In this document: piece by piece, positions 49,501 to 57,523 of the stretch
How positions within the stretch are numbered: position 1 is the first letter of the stretch
Layout: every line of letters starts with the position of its first letter
Origin: Schmidtea nova
Lineage: Eukaryota
Direction: 5' to 3'
Assembly: GCA_044892505.1 (NCBI GenBank)
Contig: CM097882.1
Coordinates: 247,380,001-247,444,000, forward strand
DNA: 64,000 nucleotides
Translations under genes and position numbers: made by a program
The notes under the pieces: model-generated
The model's database searches: none
The model's input: the letters and a program-made list of their open reading frames with translations, nothing else
What the model was told of the DNA's origin: nothing

Positions 49501-52500
49501 CTACGTACGTTTCGATTTCCGTGTTTTGATGTTTTATCTTTACCCACCATCTTCCGGCAACTTCTACTACTTCTTTACTGCATGCTATTACGTGAACGTT
49601 GGTTCTCTCAATATCCCGTCTTTGTTCTTGTGGTATCCATTTTATATCTATTGCTGAGATATTTGCTCCTGTATCAATCATCGCTTCAATTTCCCTTCCG
49701 TTAATTTCGATTGTTGTAGTTAATACTGGACCGGTGTTTGATGACATTACTGCAATTGTATGTGAGTCTCCTTGCGGATCTACGCTTCTGCACCGTCTCG
49801 TTCTATAGTCTTCTGGTATCATAGGATATATGTTTGTCATCGGCATCATTTGCATTGTATTTTGTCTCATCCCTGGTGTTGGTTCTTGGTACATGGTTGG
49901 TGGGGGTGCGTAACACTTCCACATTTCCGCTGGATTCTTTTCGACATACTGTGGTACTTGATTTTTAAATACTTGACCTCCTTCGTTATCATCATCATCG
50001 TCGTCACTGGAATCGTCTTGGGTTCTGTACCCTTTCATTCTTTCCCATAGTCCTTTTCTCTCTTTCTTTAGTTGTTGTCTTGCTTGCTCGTTATTCATTA
50101 TCTTTTTAAATTTTCGTCCCACCTCTTCATCGGTTCCTTTCATTTTTGCCAGTATTTTTAGGAGTCTCTTTATTCGGTGAATATCTTTTGAATGACCGTG
50201 TAATACCATTGTTTTAGCCAGAAATGGTAAGAATCCTACCACCAATTTCCAATTTACTTTCTTTTCTCTTTTATAGATGTCAAAACAGGCTAACATTTGC
50301 GTTATTATTACCCGTATTATTTGTATAATTAGTATAACACCAAGTATTCCTGCCATCATTTGTCCAAATATTAAAAATCTTCCCCACATCGCTTTCATCA
50401 TGTTTTCCGTTGCCTTCTTAAAGTGGGCTGGTGACAATAATAATTCGTAATTTGGTCCACCTTGGTAATTTGTTCCTCCTGTTATTGTTACAATACTGGA
50501 TAACACCGCTTCTCGTCTTGCCGGAAATAGTATGTTTTGTCTTGCTGCTTCTAAATCCTTTGCGCTATAGAATCCCATATTGCTTACGTCTACGTCTTTA
50601 AATTTTCGTCCTTTTGATAGTTGCATCAATTCAAATTCCCTTGGTGCTGGTACCTCTGTTCTTGACGGAAACATAACCCAATTTCCGTCTGGTTTTTGGT
50701 ATAGTGGTCCATATGCGTTGCTGCAATTGAAAGGGTTTGGTTCGAAACTTACTGGATTTATGATTCTTGTCACTGGTTGTACATATCTTACTTTCCCTTT
50801 ATATTCGATTTCTAGTTCGTTAGTACACTGACCTGGTTGTAGTTTTGTCATTGTCGCTACCTTCGCATTTGTCTTTTTACATATGTATACGTACATGACC
50901 TCTCCGACTACTCTTCCAAAATGACCTTCTCTTAATGGTAATAATGGCATTGCACTATCCGGGTTTGTGATTGCTACTGCTAATTTTGTCTTTAATATTT
51001 CCCTATTTAATATGCAATCGTTGTTTATTAAATCGTAATACACTTTTTGTAGTGACGCTTGTCCTCTATGGAATAGAAAATCCATTTTATTGTTCATGTA
51101 AAGGTGTAATTTAACATCGTTCGTGTGTACTTTGCGTTTCGCACTAGGTACTTCTTGTTTTGATACAAAAATGCCGGGGTAGTTGGTTTCCAACATGGCT
51201 ACTCCGCATTTCAAGGCTGTTTTTCCTTTTACAAACCTCATTCCGATATCTGCATCTGAGGTAATTAGTACCGTTGGTGTATTTCTCATTTTAATTTGTT
51301 TTTCTTGTGTTCGGGTTTCAATCTTTTTCTCTCCCCGTACTGTGTCTTGAAGTATTTTTCCTCTTGCTGCCTCGTCTTCTTCTTCCTCTTGGAAGGTTTT
51401 CCCTTGTATCTCATCGAATTCTGCTTCCTTTAACAGTTGTAGTTGACATTCCTTCCCTCGTATCTGGTAGGTTAGGGTTGACATACCAGTCTGACAAGTG
51501 TTTGACTCGATTTTGCACATAGGTAGAGTTTTCATTTCTCCCGTCGTTGGATCGAAGAATGCCTCGTACGTTTTTAGTTCCACTGTATACGTATCTATTA
51601 CCACTAGGTTTGTTGCTGCTACTCCGAATATTGGATATGTTGCTCCTTGGCAGTACCCTTCTCCTCCCGTAATAGCTCCTGCTACATAATATGTTTGTTG
51701 CAATATCACTCCCGTTTTTCCTCTTATCTTTACTCTATCTCTAGTCTCTACTTCTCCATGTTTAAATAATTTTTCACAGTCTTCTCCTTGCAGCATTACC
51801 GATTCTCTTTCCGTTCCTGGCATCACGATTGCTGAATAATGGCGGTGTCCACAATAAAAAGCAAATCTGGTTTTATAAACTTTGCATTCTCTGACCATTG
51901 TTCTTATCAGTTCAGCTTCCTGATATACGTGGTATAATTGTCTCTTTTTTAATGTTTTTAGCTCCGTTGGGGTTGCGTCTTTACATTGTTCTGTCCCTCG
52001 TAATGAGTATTTTTCACCTAATGCCATTTGATCACAATCGAATACTTCAAATGCTGTTGCTCCGTCAGTACTAATCATCCATATTAACATCATCATAATG
52101 ATAGAACTCAGGTTTAGTGATGATTTCCCGTTTCCTGTTCCCGACTTTTCCTTTTCCAATTCTCCCAATATCTCTTCGAATTTCTTTTTCATATTTTTGG
52201 CTTGGTTTTTCTTTTGGTTCGTTTTTGTGAATGTTTCCCATCCTCCTTTACTGATGATGTACGGTTCTATTTCTTTCTCTATAATTTTGGCTGTATTCTT
52301 TATATGTCTTTCAAGTGCTGTGGGTTTCAGTCGACCTCTACTCAGTGTCAGCAGATTGTAGATGGTGTATGCCATAGCTATTAAATATTTGTTATCCGTC
52401 TCTGCTCCTTCCGTTAACTTCTTTATCAACATCGTGGTTCCTTGCCAATCTAGGTGGTTTGACCTTGTCTTCTCTTTTATTAGTTCTGGTAGGATTGGTG

Positions 52501-55500
52501 CGATGGCGCTATGCAGTGATTTCGCCCTTTCGCTTATTTCATTTATTCTCCACCATTTCTTTAATTCCGGATCGATTATTGCCAGTATTTCCATTAACAT
52601 CTTTGATATCCATTCCTCGCCTTGGTATGTTTGTGTTGTTTCTTTTTCTTTCGTTACGGCTATTTTATTTAGTTTCTTTAGACACAAATCCCATTGATCC
52701 CGTCTTTTTTCCTCTCTTGATTTTATAACTACATTTGCTGGATCCATCTTGGGTCTACCTCTAGGTCGTTTATCCATTGTCGTGCCCGTTTCTACTAATC
52801 TTGTTTCTCGTCCAGTTTCTTCTGTGACGTCTCTTGGTTCATTGGCTCTTTCTTCTAACCATCTTTCCATTTCTTGTGTGAATTGTACGTTTTCTACATT
52901 TGCCCTCCTTGCTTCCTCTTCTGCTATTTCATTTACTTCTTCGATGATTATTTCTTGTTCAACTTCATCTTCGGTGTTGGTTACCGGTATTGCTGTTGGT
53001 AATTCCTGAATTCTTTCGAAAATATTATCATCTTTCTCTTTTGTTAGCTCTATTAACTCCTCTAACATATCATCGCTATCTGTAAAAATTTCGTCTACAT
53101 CGTATGGTTCTGGTGGTGTTCTTTCTCTTGTCTCTCTTGGTGTTGTTCTAGCTTGTTCTGAGCTTGTTCCTGGAGTCCTTACCGATTTCATTGGGCTCGG
53201 CGTACTCATACTTCCTTTTGGTTTCTTTTCCTCTTTCAATTTCAATGGTTGACCTGCTATTGCTGCTACTGTCAATGTATTTGCGATATCTAATTGCGCT
53301 GGCGTTATTCCAATTTCTAAGCTGTTATCTAATGATCGTCCTTGGTGTTGTAAATGGAATGGTGGTTCATATCTCAATTTCTTTTTAATGTCTCGAACTT
53401 TCTCCGCTATCCCTACCCAAAACTCTTCCTTTTCTTGGTTCGGATATACTATTCTTAGGTGTACTTTCTGTGGCGATTCCTGCGAGAATTCTTGGTTTCT
53501 CCATTTTTTAATTACGTGATCCAATTGTTCTGGACACCACTCGTTAACTCTTTTGTATTCGGCGATTGCTTTTGCTACTTTACGCAAGCATGTTATGTCT
53601 TCTCCATTAACTACGAAAAAATCTGCGAGACCTTTTACTACTTTTCTCTTGCCGTGCGCATTGGTTTTTAATATTTCGACAAATTCTTCCGTTTTTTGTT
53701 TTTCTCTTTCCAACCACATGGTTGTCGTTTCTGGTCCGTCTAAATCTGCTGGCATGGCTTTTCTTGTTACCATACAGACTCTTCCGGTTTCCGGTTTGTG
53801 ATCGTCTTCTATGCCTATTCCGTATTCCTCTTCGTATTCGCCTGCTTTTGGTTCCCAACATTTTCCTCGTTCGTTCCATTGTTTTTCTACAGGTGTTCGT
53901 AATCGTCTGTTGAGATTGAGTTCTTCTAATACATCTTCCCATTCTGGCCAAATCCGCCAATTTCGATAAATGTCTACTATTTGTTGTAATTTATGCACAA
54001 CTTCTTTTTGTCGTTCCCGTTCTCTTTTCTCATCCTTAGCAGTTTCTCTTGGTGTATCGTCCATTCTGATAACGTGGATGGTTTGGTGATTATCCCATAT
54101 ACCAATTTTATATAGCCGTCTTTCATCGTGATCCCATAATACATGTTCGTTGTATTTCATGATTATGTCATCTTCCCATTCTTCTTCTGGTTCTCTTTGT
54201 AATAGTGTCTCGTTGATGACATTTACTAATTCTTTTATGGTACAATCTGCTACCACTTCAATTTCTTTGGTATCCTCATTAGGTAACTCTACTGCAATTT
54301 TCAGATCTGTTATTTTCCCTTGTCTGAACATTGCTTTTCCCATTTTTGCAATTACTTTTCCGTATGAGATCTGTGACCATCTCGTGTGACTTGTGTCACG
54401 TATGCATTCGATACATCGTTTCAACTTTTCGTATTCGCTTCTCATTAACTCCTTTCTATGTTTTTTGATTTGTGGGATGATTTGTTCTATCATGGAATTT
54501 AGATTTCCTCGTAAGATTCGTCCTTTCTCATATTCTAACCGTGGTTTTATCTTCCTCTCGAAACACATATTTGCTTCTTTTGCTACTTCTTGTAGGTTCT
54601 CTTCTCTCTTATCATCGCATATCGATAATGTTGTCACCTCTCCTGGCCATATGCCTGTTTCTATCAAATGCGTCCTTTTCTTCACTAGTCCATTCTGTGA
54701 ATAGAGGAATTTGTTTTTATATGAACTCCCTAATCTGTCTTCCACCCATTGATAAATATCTTCCGTGAGTGGAGTTTTGATCCAAATCCTTGGCAAACAT
54801 GTTTTTATCTCTATTAGGATTATATATTCATGGAGTGGTTCTTTTAATAATTTTCCTACGTATTGGCTTAGTGTTTCTACTTCCCGGCCTGGTAACCACT
54901 CTTTATAGTTCATTTGTAATATTGCTCTCATGAATTTTCTATAGTGTTTCTTGTCAATGAATTCCTCATTATATATTACTTCTAGCGTATTATCTAATAA
55001 TTTCTGGATCTCGTCTTCTTTTACTTGAATAGTTTCTGGTGTCTTTACTACTTCTATCTTTTTGTCTTCAATTTCCGGTTCGTCTAGCATGTCCCCTGCT
55101 AGACTACTGACGTCACTATCCTCTTCATCGTCTGAAAAATTCTTTGCCTGGCCTCTCAACATGTTAATGTGTTTTATCTGGTTAATTTCACTTGGTGTAT
55201 TTTCCGTTGGTCTTGTTTCACTTTTAATAGCTTTTTGTGTTGATTCACTCTTGTCGTCTACTACTTCGACCTTTCTCAATTTTCGTTCTAACTCGTCTAT
55301 TTCTCCCAACCGTCTTCGTATCATTTTCCCTTTAAATATTCGACTGATTCGTGTTTCGTGACGCACTGGCGATGGAATTCCTTCTGGTTCTATTTCCTTG
55401 ATTACCATCACATTTCTTTTTGTCTCTACTACTCCCATGTTTTCCCATGTATCCGTTAGTTTCAATTTTACTTCTGGTGCACCTTCTATTTTTAGGAATG

Positions 55501-57523
55501 CTTCTCTGGGCAGTTTCGTTACTCCTGGAGCCATTTCATTCACTTTATTGAACAATATTTCTACTTCTTCCTTTATGTTATATTGGAATCGAAACACGTG
55601 CTTGTTTGGCAAAATTACCATCATTCCTCTTTTCCCGAGTTTCCTTTTCTCTTCTTGGTTCCCTTCTTTTTCTACTTCCTTTTCTGTTTCTTTTTCTGCT
55701 TCTTCATCTTCTTGTATTATCTCTTTTCGGCCTTCGTTGTTGGTTGGATTTGGGTTTGTTGGATTTATTTCTGGTACAGTCTCTTTCTCGTGGGTATTTG
55801 TTTGATTGGTTGCTCTCATCATATTAATTCTTAGAGGTTGTCGTTCTCTTTCTTGCTGTTTTTGTTCCTCTTCTCTTTGTATTCTTGCCCATTCCTGAGC
55901 ATGTCGTGCTTGACTTTCCCGATTCAATCGTTCGTTTTCGCTTTCTATTTTTCTCATCATATTGATTTGTTGTTGACCTGTTTGCGGATTTCCTCTGGTT
56001 GTATTGTTTATCAGCTCCGTCAATCTTTGGACCTCTTGCATTAAATGTATCTCTTTAGTGGTATTTTTATTTTGGTTATTATTATTACTATTTGGTTGGT
56101 TTCCGTATTCCGGTTGGTTTCCATTATTTGGCTGATTTCCATAATTCTGTCGGTTTCCACCAGTTGGTTGGTTGCCATAGTTTTGTCGGTTTCCGGTATT
56201 CTGCCAGTTTCCTCGTTGATTGCTTCTTTGTCCGCAATTTCTTGATAGGTGTCCAGGCCGTCCACAATTAAAACAGGTTATTGTGTAACATCTGCTCTCT
56301 GAATGCCCTTTTACTCCACATTTTCCACAATTCAAGTTCTGATAACATTCTTGTTGCCAATGTCCCAATTTCCCACATGTTTTGCATTGTTTCGTTGGTC
56401 CTTGGGGGTTGTAATTGTTTTGATTTCCGTAATTTGATACTTTATTCCCTTCATTCCTTCGTTGCGGTGGTGGTCGGTTTAATTGTTGTGAATTTGGAAT
56501 GTGGTTATTCAGGTTCACTTCTTGTTCGTTTTGTGCTGTATCCATAGCTAAATAGATTCTACCATCATTTCCTATCATGTGTAGTTCAAATCTATTAGCT
56601 GTTTCTAGTGCTTGGTCGATGGTTTTACAACCTTGACATCCAACTTGCGCTCTTATGTCGGGTCTTCTTAATCCTCCCACAAAGATAGCTGCCATTAACT
56701 CCTCATTTATTGGGCTGTCTTGATTAAAGATCAACTTTGCTAACTTTTTCAATTCGCTTGCATATACCGCATTCGATTCATTTATCTTTTGTTTCCTCAT
56801 TGAGAATTCCGTGAATGCCTCATTCAATACTTTATTTATTCCAAAGGTTTGTTGGAAAAAGTCCTTTATCGCTGACCAACTTGTAGGTGGATTAGTTCCA
56901 TTCTTTGCTTCCAAATATAGATCTAATGCGCTATCTTTCAAATATAGCTGAATTCTGCTTACAGTTGTTTCTGGTTTCCACTTGCATACTTCCACGAATA
57001 TGCCAAATTCCTTTAAGAAAGTTTCTAATTTACTCGCATCTCCATTAAACGGTTCTCCGGAAAATTTGTCTTTTATCTCTTCTCTTGGTTCACTCATTTC
57101 GATTCCGCTGTCTGTAGTTATTTTACTTTCGTTTCCTCTTGTTTCTAGTTCACTGTTAGGTTCGTCACTTGAATTTCGGTCGATCTCAGTTTCCTTTGCT
57201 GATTCGTTATCTGATGCTTTACTATCGTTATCGGTGTCGTCACTTTCTGTTTCTTGTTCTACTTCGTCTTCTATTTCTTCTATATAATCGTTGTTGGTTT
57301 TGTCGACTTCTATTTCACTTATTGGGTTTCTCTCGGGTTCTGCTTGATTTTCTTTGTTGCTTGAACTGTTGCTTGTTACTGATAATTTATCGTTTTCGAT
57401 AATCGACTTTTGTATTATTATCTGCCTTGCTTTACTTCCTTTTGGGCCTTTCTGATTATTATTCTTGGTAGCTTTATTCTTTTCTGCTGGTTTTATTATG
57501 ACACTCTTTTCTCCTTTTCTCAA
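43544..57523 (-). CDS. 4,659-aa Gag-accessory-Env-Pol-accessory polyprotein
   Basis: One uninterrupted frame with CCHC x3, DTG protease, YIDD RT, TDASG RNase H and HHCC/DDE/GPY integrase, plus the extra domains listed separately. The track start is TTG; the first ATG is at 57097. Confidence 0.96.
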   Translation of the reverse strand: MRKGEKSVIIKPAEKNKATKNNNQKGPKGSKARQIIIQKSIIENDKLSVTSNSSSNKENQAEPERNPISEIEVDKTNNDYIEEIEDEVEQETESDDTDNDSKASDNESAKETEIDRNSSDEPNSELETRGNESKITTDSGIEMSEPREEIKDKFSGEPFNGDASKLETFLKEFGIFVEVCKWKPETTVSRIQLYLKDSALDLYLEAKNGTNPPTSWSAIKDFFQQTFGINKVLNEAFTEFSMRKQKINESNAVYASELKKLAKLIFNQDSPINEELMAAIFVGGLRRPDIRAQVGCQGCKTIDQALETANRFELHMIGNDGRIYLAMDTAQNEQEVNLNNHIPNSQQLNRPPPQRRNEGNKVSNYGNQNNYNPQGPTKQCKTCGKLGHWQQECYQNLNCGKCGVKGHSESRCYTITCFNCGRPGHLSRNCGQRSNQRGNWQNTGNRQNYGNQPTGGNRQNYGNQPNNGNQPEYGNQPNSNNNNQNKNTTKEIHLMQEVQRLTELINNTTRGNPQTGQQQINMMRKIESENERLNRESQARHAQEWARIQREEEQKQQERERQPLRINMMRATNQTNTHEKETVPEINPTNPNPTNNEGRKEIIQEDEEAEKETEKEVEKEGNQEEKRKLGKRGMMVILPNKHVFRFQYNIKEEVEILFNKVNEMAPGVTKLPREAFLKIEGAPEVKLKLTDTWENMGVVETKRNVMVIKEIEPEGIPSPVRHETRISRIFKGKMIRRRLGEIDELERKLRKVEVVDDKSESTQKAIKSETRPTENTPSEINQIKHINMLRGQAKNFSDDEEDSDVSSLAGDMLDEPEIEDKKIEVVKTPETIQVKEDEIQKLLDNTLEVIYNEEFIDKKHYRKFMRAILQMNYKEWLPGREVETLSQYVGKLLKEPLHEYIILIEIKTCLPRIWIKTPLTEDIYQWVEDRLGSSYKNKFLYSQNGLVKKRTHLIETGIWPGEVTTLSICDDKREENLQEVAKEANMCFERKIKPRLEYEKGRILRGNLNSMIEQIIPQIKKHRKELMRSEYEKLKRCIECIRDTSHTRWSQISYGKVIAKMGKAMFRQGKITDLKIAVELPNEDTKEIEVVADCTIKELVNVINETLLQREPEEEWEDDIIMKYNEHVLWDHDERRLYKIGIWDNHQTIHVIRMDDTPRETAKDEKRERERQKEVVHKLQQIVDIYRNWRIWPEWEDVLEELNLNRRLRTPVEKQWNERGKCWEPKAGEYEEEYGIGIEDDHKPETGRVCMVTRKAMPADLDGPETTTMWLEREKQKTEEFVEILKTNAHGKRKVVKGLADFFVVNGEDITCLRKVAKAIAEYKRVNEWCPEQLDHVIKKWRNQEFSQESPQKVHLRIVYPNQEKEEFWVGIAEKVRDIKKKLRYEPPFHLQHQGRSLDNSLEIGITPAQLDIANTLTVAAIAGQPLKLKEEKKPKGSMSTPSPMKSVRTPGTSSEQARTTPRETRERTPPEPYDVDEIFTDSDDMLEELIELTKEKDDNIFERIQELPTAIPVTNTEDEVEQEIIIEEVNEIAEEEARRANVENVQFTQEMERWLEERANEPRDVTEETGRETRLVETGTTMDKRPRGRPKMDPANVVIKSREEKRRDQWDLCLKKLNKIAVTKEKETTQTYQGEEWISKMLMEILAIIDPELKKWWRINEISERAKSLHSAIAPILPELIKEKTRSNHLDWQGTTMLIKKLTEGAETDNKYLIAMAYTIYNLLTLSRGRLKPTALERHIKNTAKIIEKEIEPYIISKGGWETFTKTNQKKNQAKNMKKKFEEILGELEKEKSGTGNGKSSLNLSSIIMMMLIWMISTDGATAFEVFDCDQMALGEKYSLRGTEQCKDATPTELKTLKKRQLYHVYQEAELIRTMVRECKVYKTRFAFYCGHRHYSAIVMPGTERESVMLQGEDCEKLFKHGEVETRDRVKIRGKTGVILQQTYYVAGAITGGEGYCQGATYPIFGVAATNLVVIDTYTVELKTYEAFFDPTTGEMKTLPMCKIESNTCQTGMSTLTYQIRGKECQLQLLKEAEFDEIQGKTFQEEEEDEAARGKILQDTVRGEKKIETRTQEKQIKMRNTPTVLITSDADIGMRFVKGKTALKCGVAMLETNYPGIFVSKQEVPSAKRKVHTNDVKLHLYMNNKMDFLFHRGQASLQKVYYDLINNDCILNREILKTKLAVAITNPDSAMPLLPLREGHFGRVVGEVMYVYICKKTNAKVATMTKLQPGQCTNELEIEYKGKVRYVQPVTRIINPVSFEPNPFNCSNAYGPLYQKPDGNWVMFPSRTEVPAPREFELMQLSKGRKFKDVDVSNMGFYSAKDLEAARQNILFPARREAVLSSIVTITGGTNYQGGPNYELLLSPAHFKKATENMMKAMWGRFLIFGQMMAGILGVILIIQIIRVIITQMLACFDIYKREKKVNWKLVVGFLPFLAKTMVLHGHSKDIHRIKRLLKILAKMKGTDEEVGRKFKKIMNNEQARQQLKKERKGLWERMKGYRTQDDSSDDDDDDNEGGQVFKNQVPQYVEKNPAEMWKCYAPPPTMYQEPTPGMRQNTMQMMPMTNIYPMIPEDYRTRRCRSVDPQGDSHTIAVMSSNTGPVLTTTIEINGREIEAMIDTGANISAIDIKWIPQEQRRDIERTNVHVIACSKEVVEVAGRWWVKIKHQNTEIETYVAVIPALSVPCIIGTDLMPALFKEIVIDLGTMRLKDRTGQICAIEAKVTSSKQIIVPARREKICFVKIDPTIEGDMIFEPSKRFEKRKSLPMARGLVSANDNGEIPITVVNFDEEDKIIYENERLGKLTPMMDIEIPIKEGVKEEEPTWNIDSQLLNEDQKKQLERLLIEYKDIFAASDLDLGTCDVTLHTIPLTDETPIALRPYKLAEAQKSVAEAEVQKMLDAEVIEPSCSPWQFPVVMVKKKDGTQRFCIDYRRLNAVTKRDTYPLPDINEMLLTLQGAAYFTSLDLKSGYWQIKMKEEDKEKTAFTIGRDLYQFRKMPFGLTNAPASFQRCMNFVTHGIKQCMVYIDDLLIYSSTFEQHIQDIRDVFVRLRQWKLKLKPSKCDWAKEKVTFLGHIVSAKGKEPDPRNIDKVKECPVPKTITQIQEFLGLCGYYRKFIKDYAGIAKPIQELVKKDVSFIWGSEQQTAFETLRDKLITAPILVHPDFKKPFLLATDASGYAAGAVLGQYDDEGKERVIGYYSRTFKKHEKNYSVTEREALAIILAIKHFKYLLWGHVICITTDHQPLVWLGQHKETSSRLMRWAMQLQEYSPDIKFKSGKANANADCMSRLTFPELTDPEVQRICIMIAEDLDFSELKKDQQEDKELRPIIEFLSSRNMDVFKDNAELKEHMRKYQHRYTIEKGWLLIRDGEKRLMCLPGNRRKEIITQYHDGKLGGHMSDKKTLNRMRQKYYWPTMDEDVKEWIKNCLTCATRKDSGKKWKNPLKPMPIPAEPMTTIAMDVIGPLPESLNGNQYILVITDYLTKFPEAFAMPDQKAKTVARILVEEICCRYGTPKQILTDQGTNFMSEILDEVTNYFRIAKLRTSPYHPQTNGQTERFNGTLIRMLSNYVSKHQTDWDEYIKLCLMAYRMSIHAATKLSPFQLMYGRECNMPIDLEYQPPLSQYMEEDDYVTKFKERMQEIWKTAELNIKFYQESYKDLHDQKKNVKTNDLKPGDWVMIETPEIIPGTVKKLQRPGKGPYEVIYKKENNVKVKLVNRPLIRPIYVNTCRCKKVPKTITTAPEERIITRSQTARMNMLRATNESTEAENNQREKRNKEIVLKAREIMGKWHVRDDILRDIQSIISDYARGLPTKPVISELLEKIPEILSLEDIGGQPALHNAIKWGEVERVKEFLKIAKETNQHLGFGNSEQETPLMVAAIYKSDKAIIDLLINADFNWTERDRENKTVLNHAIWSSNQIMLKQIIEKATWEIDELIKGDIIKEAIKIGNCKTIRKLIKWKRSENDTWVLNINEVYSKGQNALFQFLLKLVCDQKTLLILLDRRKITISKNKEECKFESEKEALFRKIREWCAKSLTKSITYKDISNFQDKYKTVEEEYDKLVDILNHPEKCKQFLGRKERESKRKFTPLFSAEVPYQERLDAIQDKAKELLPEFENSKHTLEILGSIVEKVHAYAEGTYNENDMMIIKREMPVTFLLTKNGVLPIHRALRAGKDRRVVEIARLMQDCGSDMNMKDKKGDTLMIFAARANTKTRVLQELYEAGAGLMGRTNKDSSILDVALLAHNWEVINFIKTITNQEEIEYLTRTVKKASVHSMMHNAELTEAILNWMNPNTNEPAFRINECMEQGQNLYIKCALIINKWPKIIDIFMRRKDLRFTNNPKETERTDKWKELMKTYLNNWIKAKKEILDCKLTDKEIPKQAVTQEYEASILTTITYEKMIEAVNVEDDIFNDQRGGDNTGNDDDSTRENPEDHELSDKEDSEEKGRDTEKNDKNNEFGKQRNNNYKNKNEVKRTGYKQTINPFFKPELLLLTVIMTLISPTQGMICEEKATIQIGNAKGIERVCWSKKDKISGQNSPMDCRISEYEQEIIEIDDLELDTWYRMCTVRKPKDPRSHKTIACANYLTPKVTITVQQSSKGDYVVRKCGRTETQGTKNKKHQTIDRRTTPTIQITIDRPEVRVTTNETERVTYQAELLCLALILTM
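43780..44082 (-). other. Polyprotein domain: internal signal-like peptide plus FN3-like domain
   Basis: PELLLLTVIMTLISPTQG|MICEE followed by IDDLELDTWYRMCTVRK..IACANYLTP. Confidence 0.65.
44770..45065 (-). other. Polyprotein domain: ankyrin repeat cluster 2
   Basis: NGVLPIHRAL..GSDMNMKDKKGDTLMIFAA..GAGLMGRTNKDSSILDVAL. Confidence 0.85.
45640..46055 (-). other. Polyprotein domain: ankyrin repeat cluster 1
   Basis: GGQPALHNAIKWG..EQETPLMVAA..RDRENKTVLNHAI. Confidence 0.85.
46340..47420 (-). other. Polyprotein domain: integrase (HHCC, DDE, GPY/F)
   Basis: YHDGKLGGH..CLTC; IAMDVIGPL; LTDQGTNF; NGQTERFN; GPYEV. Confidence 0.96.
47680..49060 (-). other. Polyprotein domains: reverse transcriptase and RNase H
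   Basis: KKDGTQRFCIDYRRLN, LDLKSGYWQI, MPFGLTNAPASF, YIDD (48449-48460), TDASG, ERE and TDHQPL. Confidence 0.97.
49400..49730 (-). other. Polyprotein domain: aspartic protease
   Basis: IEAMIDTGANISAI (DTG at 49667-49675) and IIGTDLM. Confidence 0.93.
50200..52110 (-). other. Polyprotein domain: envelope glycoprotein of the chuvirus G / herpes gB-like type
   Basis: Signal-like IIMMMLIWMISTDGATA|FEVFDC. Cys-rich ectodomain with C..YCG, DCILNR..LAV..NP, GEVMYVYIC and CTNELEIEYKG..PVTRI. TM FGQMMAGILGVILIIQIIRVII. Family assignment is by motif recall. Confidence 0.8.
52222..52620 (-). other. Polyprotein domain: Bcl-2-like
   Basis: BH2-like IEPYIISKGGWETF (cf. Bcl-xL LEPWIQENGGWDTF); divergent BH1-position LDWQGTTML; helical context. 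Confidence 0.6.
52749..52772 (-). other. Polyprotein motif: AT-hook
   Basis: KRPRGRPK matches the HMGA AT-hook core. Confidence 0.6.
53265..55630 (-). other. Polyprotein region with 3-4 ubiquitin-like domains
   Basis: About 53265-53467 HLRIVYP..KVRDIKKKL..FHLQHQGRSLDN..GI..TLTV. About 54068-54302 IAVELP..EIEV..TIKEL..MKYNEHVL..L.KIGI..TIHVI. About 54615-54830 ..DRLG..FLYSQNG..ETGI.PG..TLSI. A weaker candidate lies at about 55395-55630. Confidence 0.65.
56234..57070 (-). other. Polyprotein domains: Gag capsid-like region and three CCHC knuckles
   Basis: FNGDASKLETFL..IFVGGLR; CKTCGKLGHWQQEC, CGKCGVKGHSESRC and CFNCGRPGHLSRNC. Confidence 0.93.

Noticed and set aside
38365-57402. Dozens of short + strand and alternate-frame ORFs over the giant element's genes
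   Set aside because: Shadow ORFs of A-rich coding sequence; they are low-complexity with no motifs.
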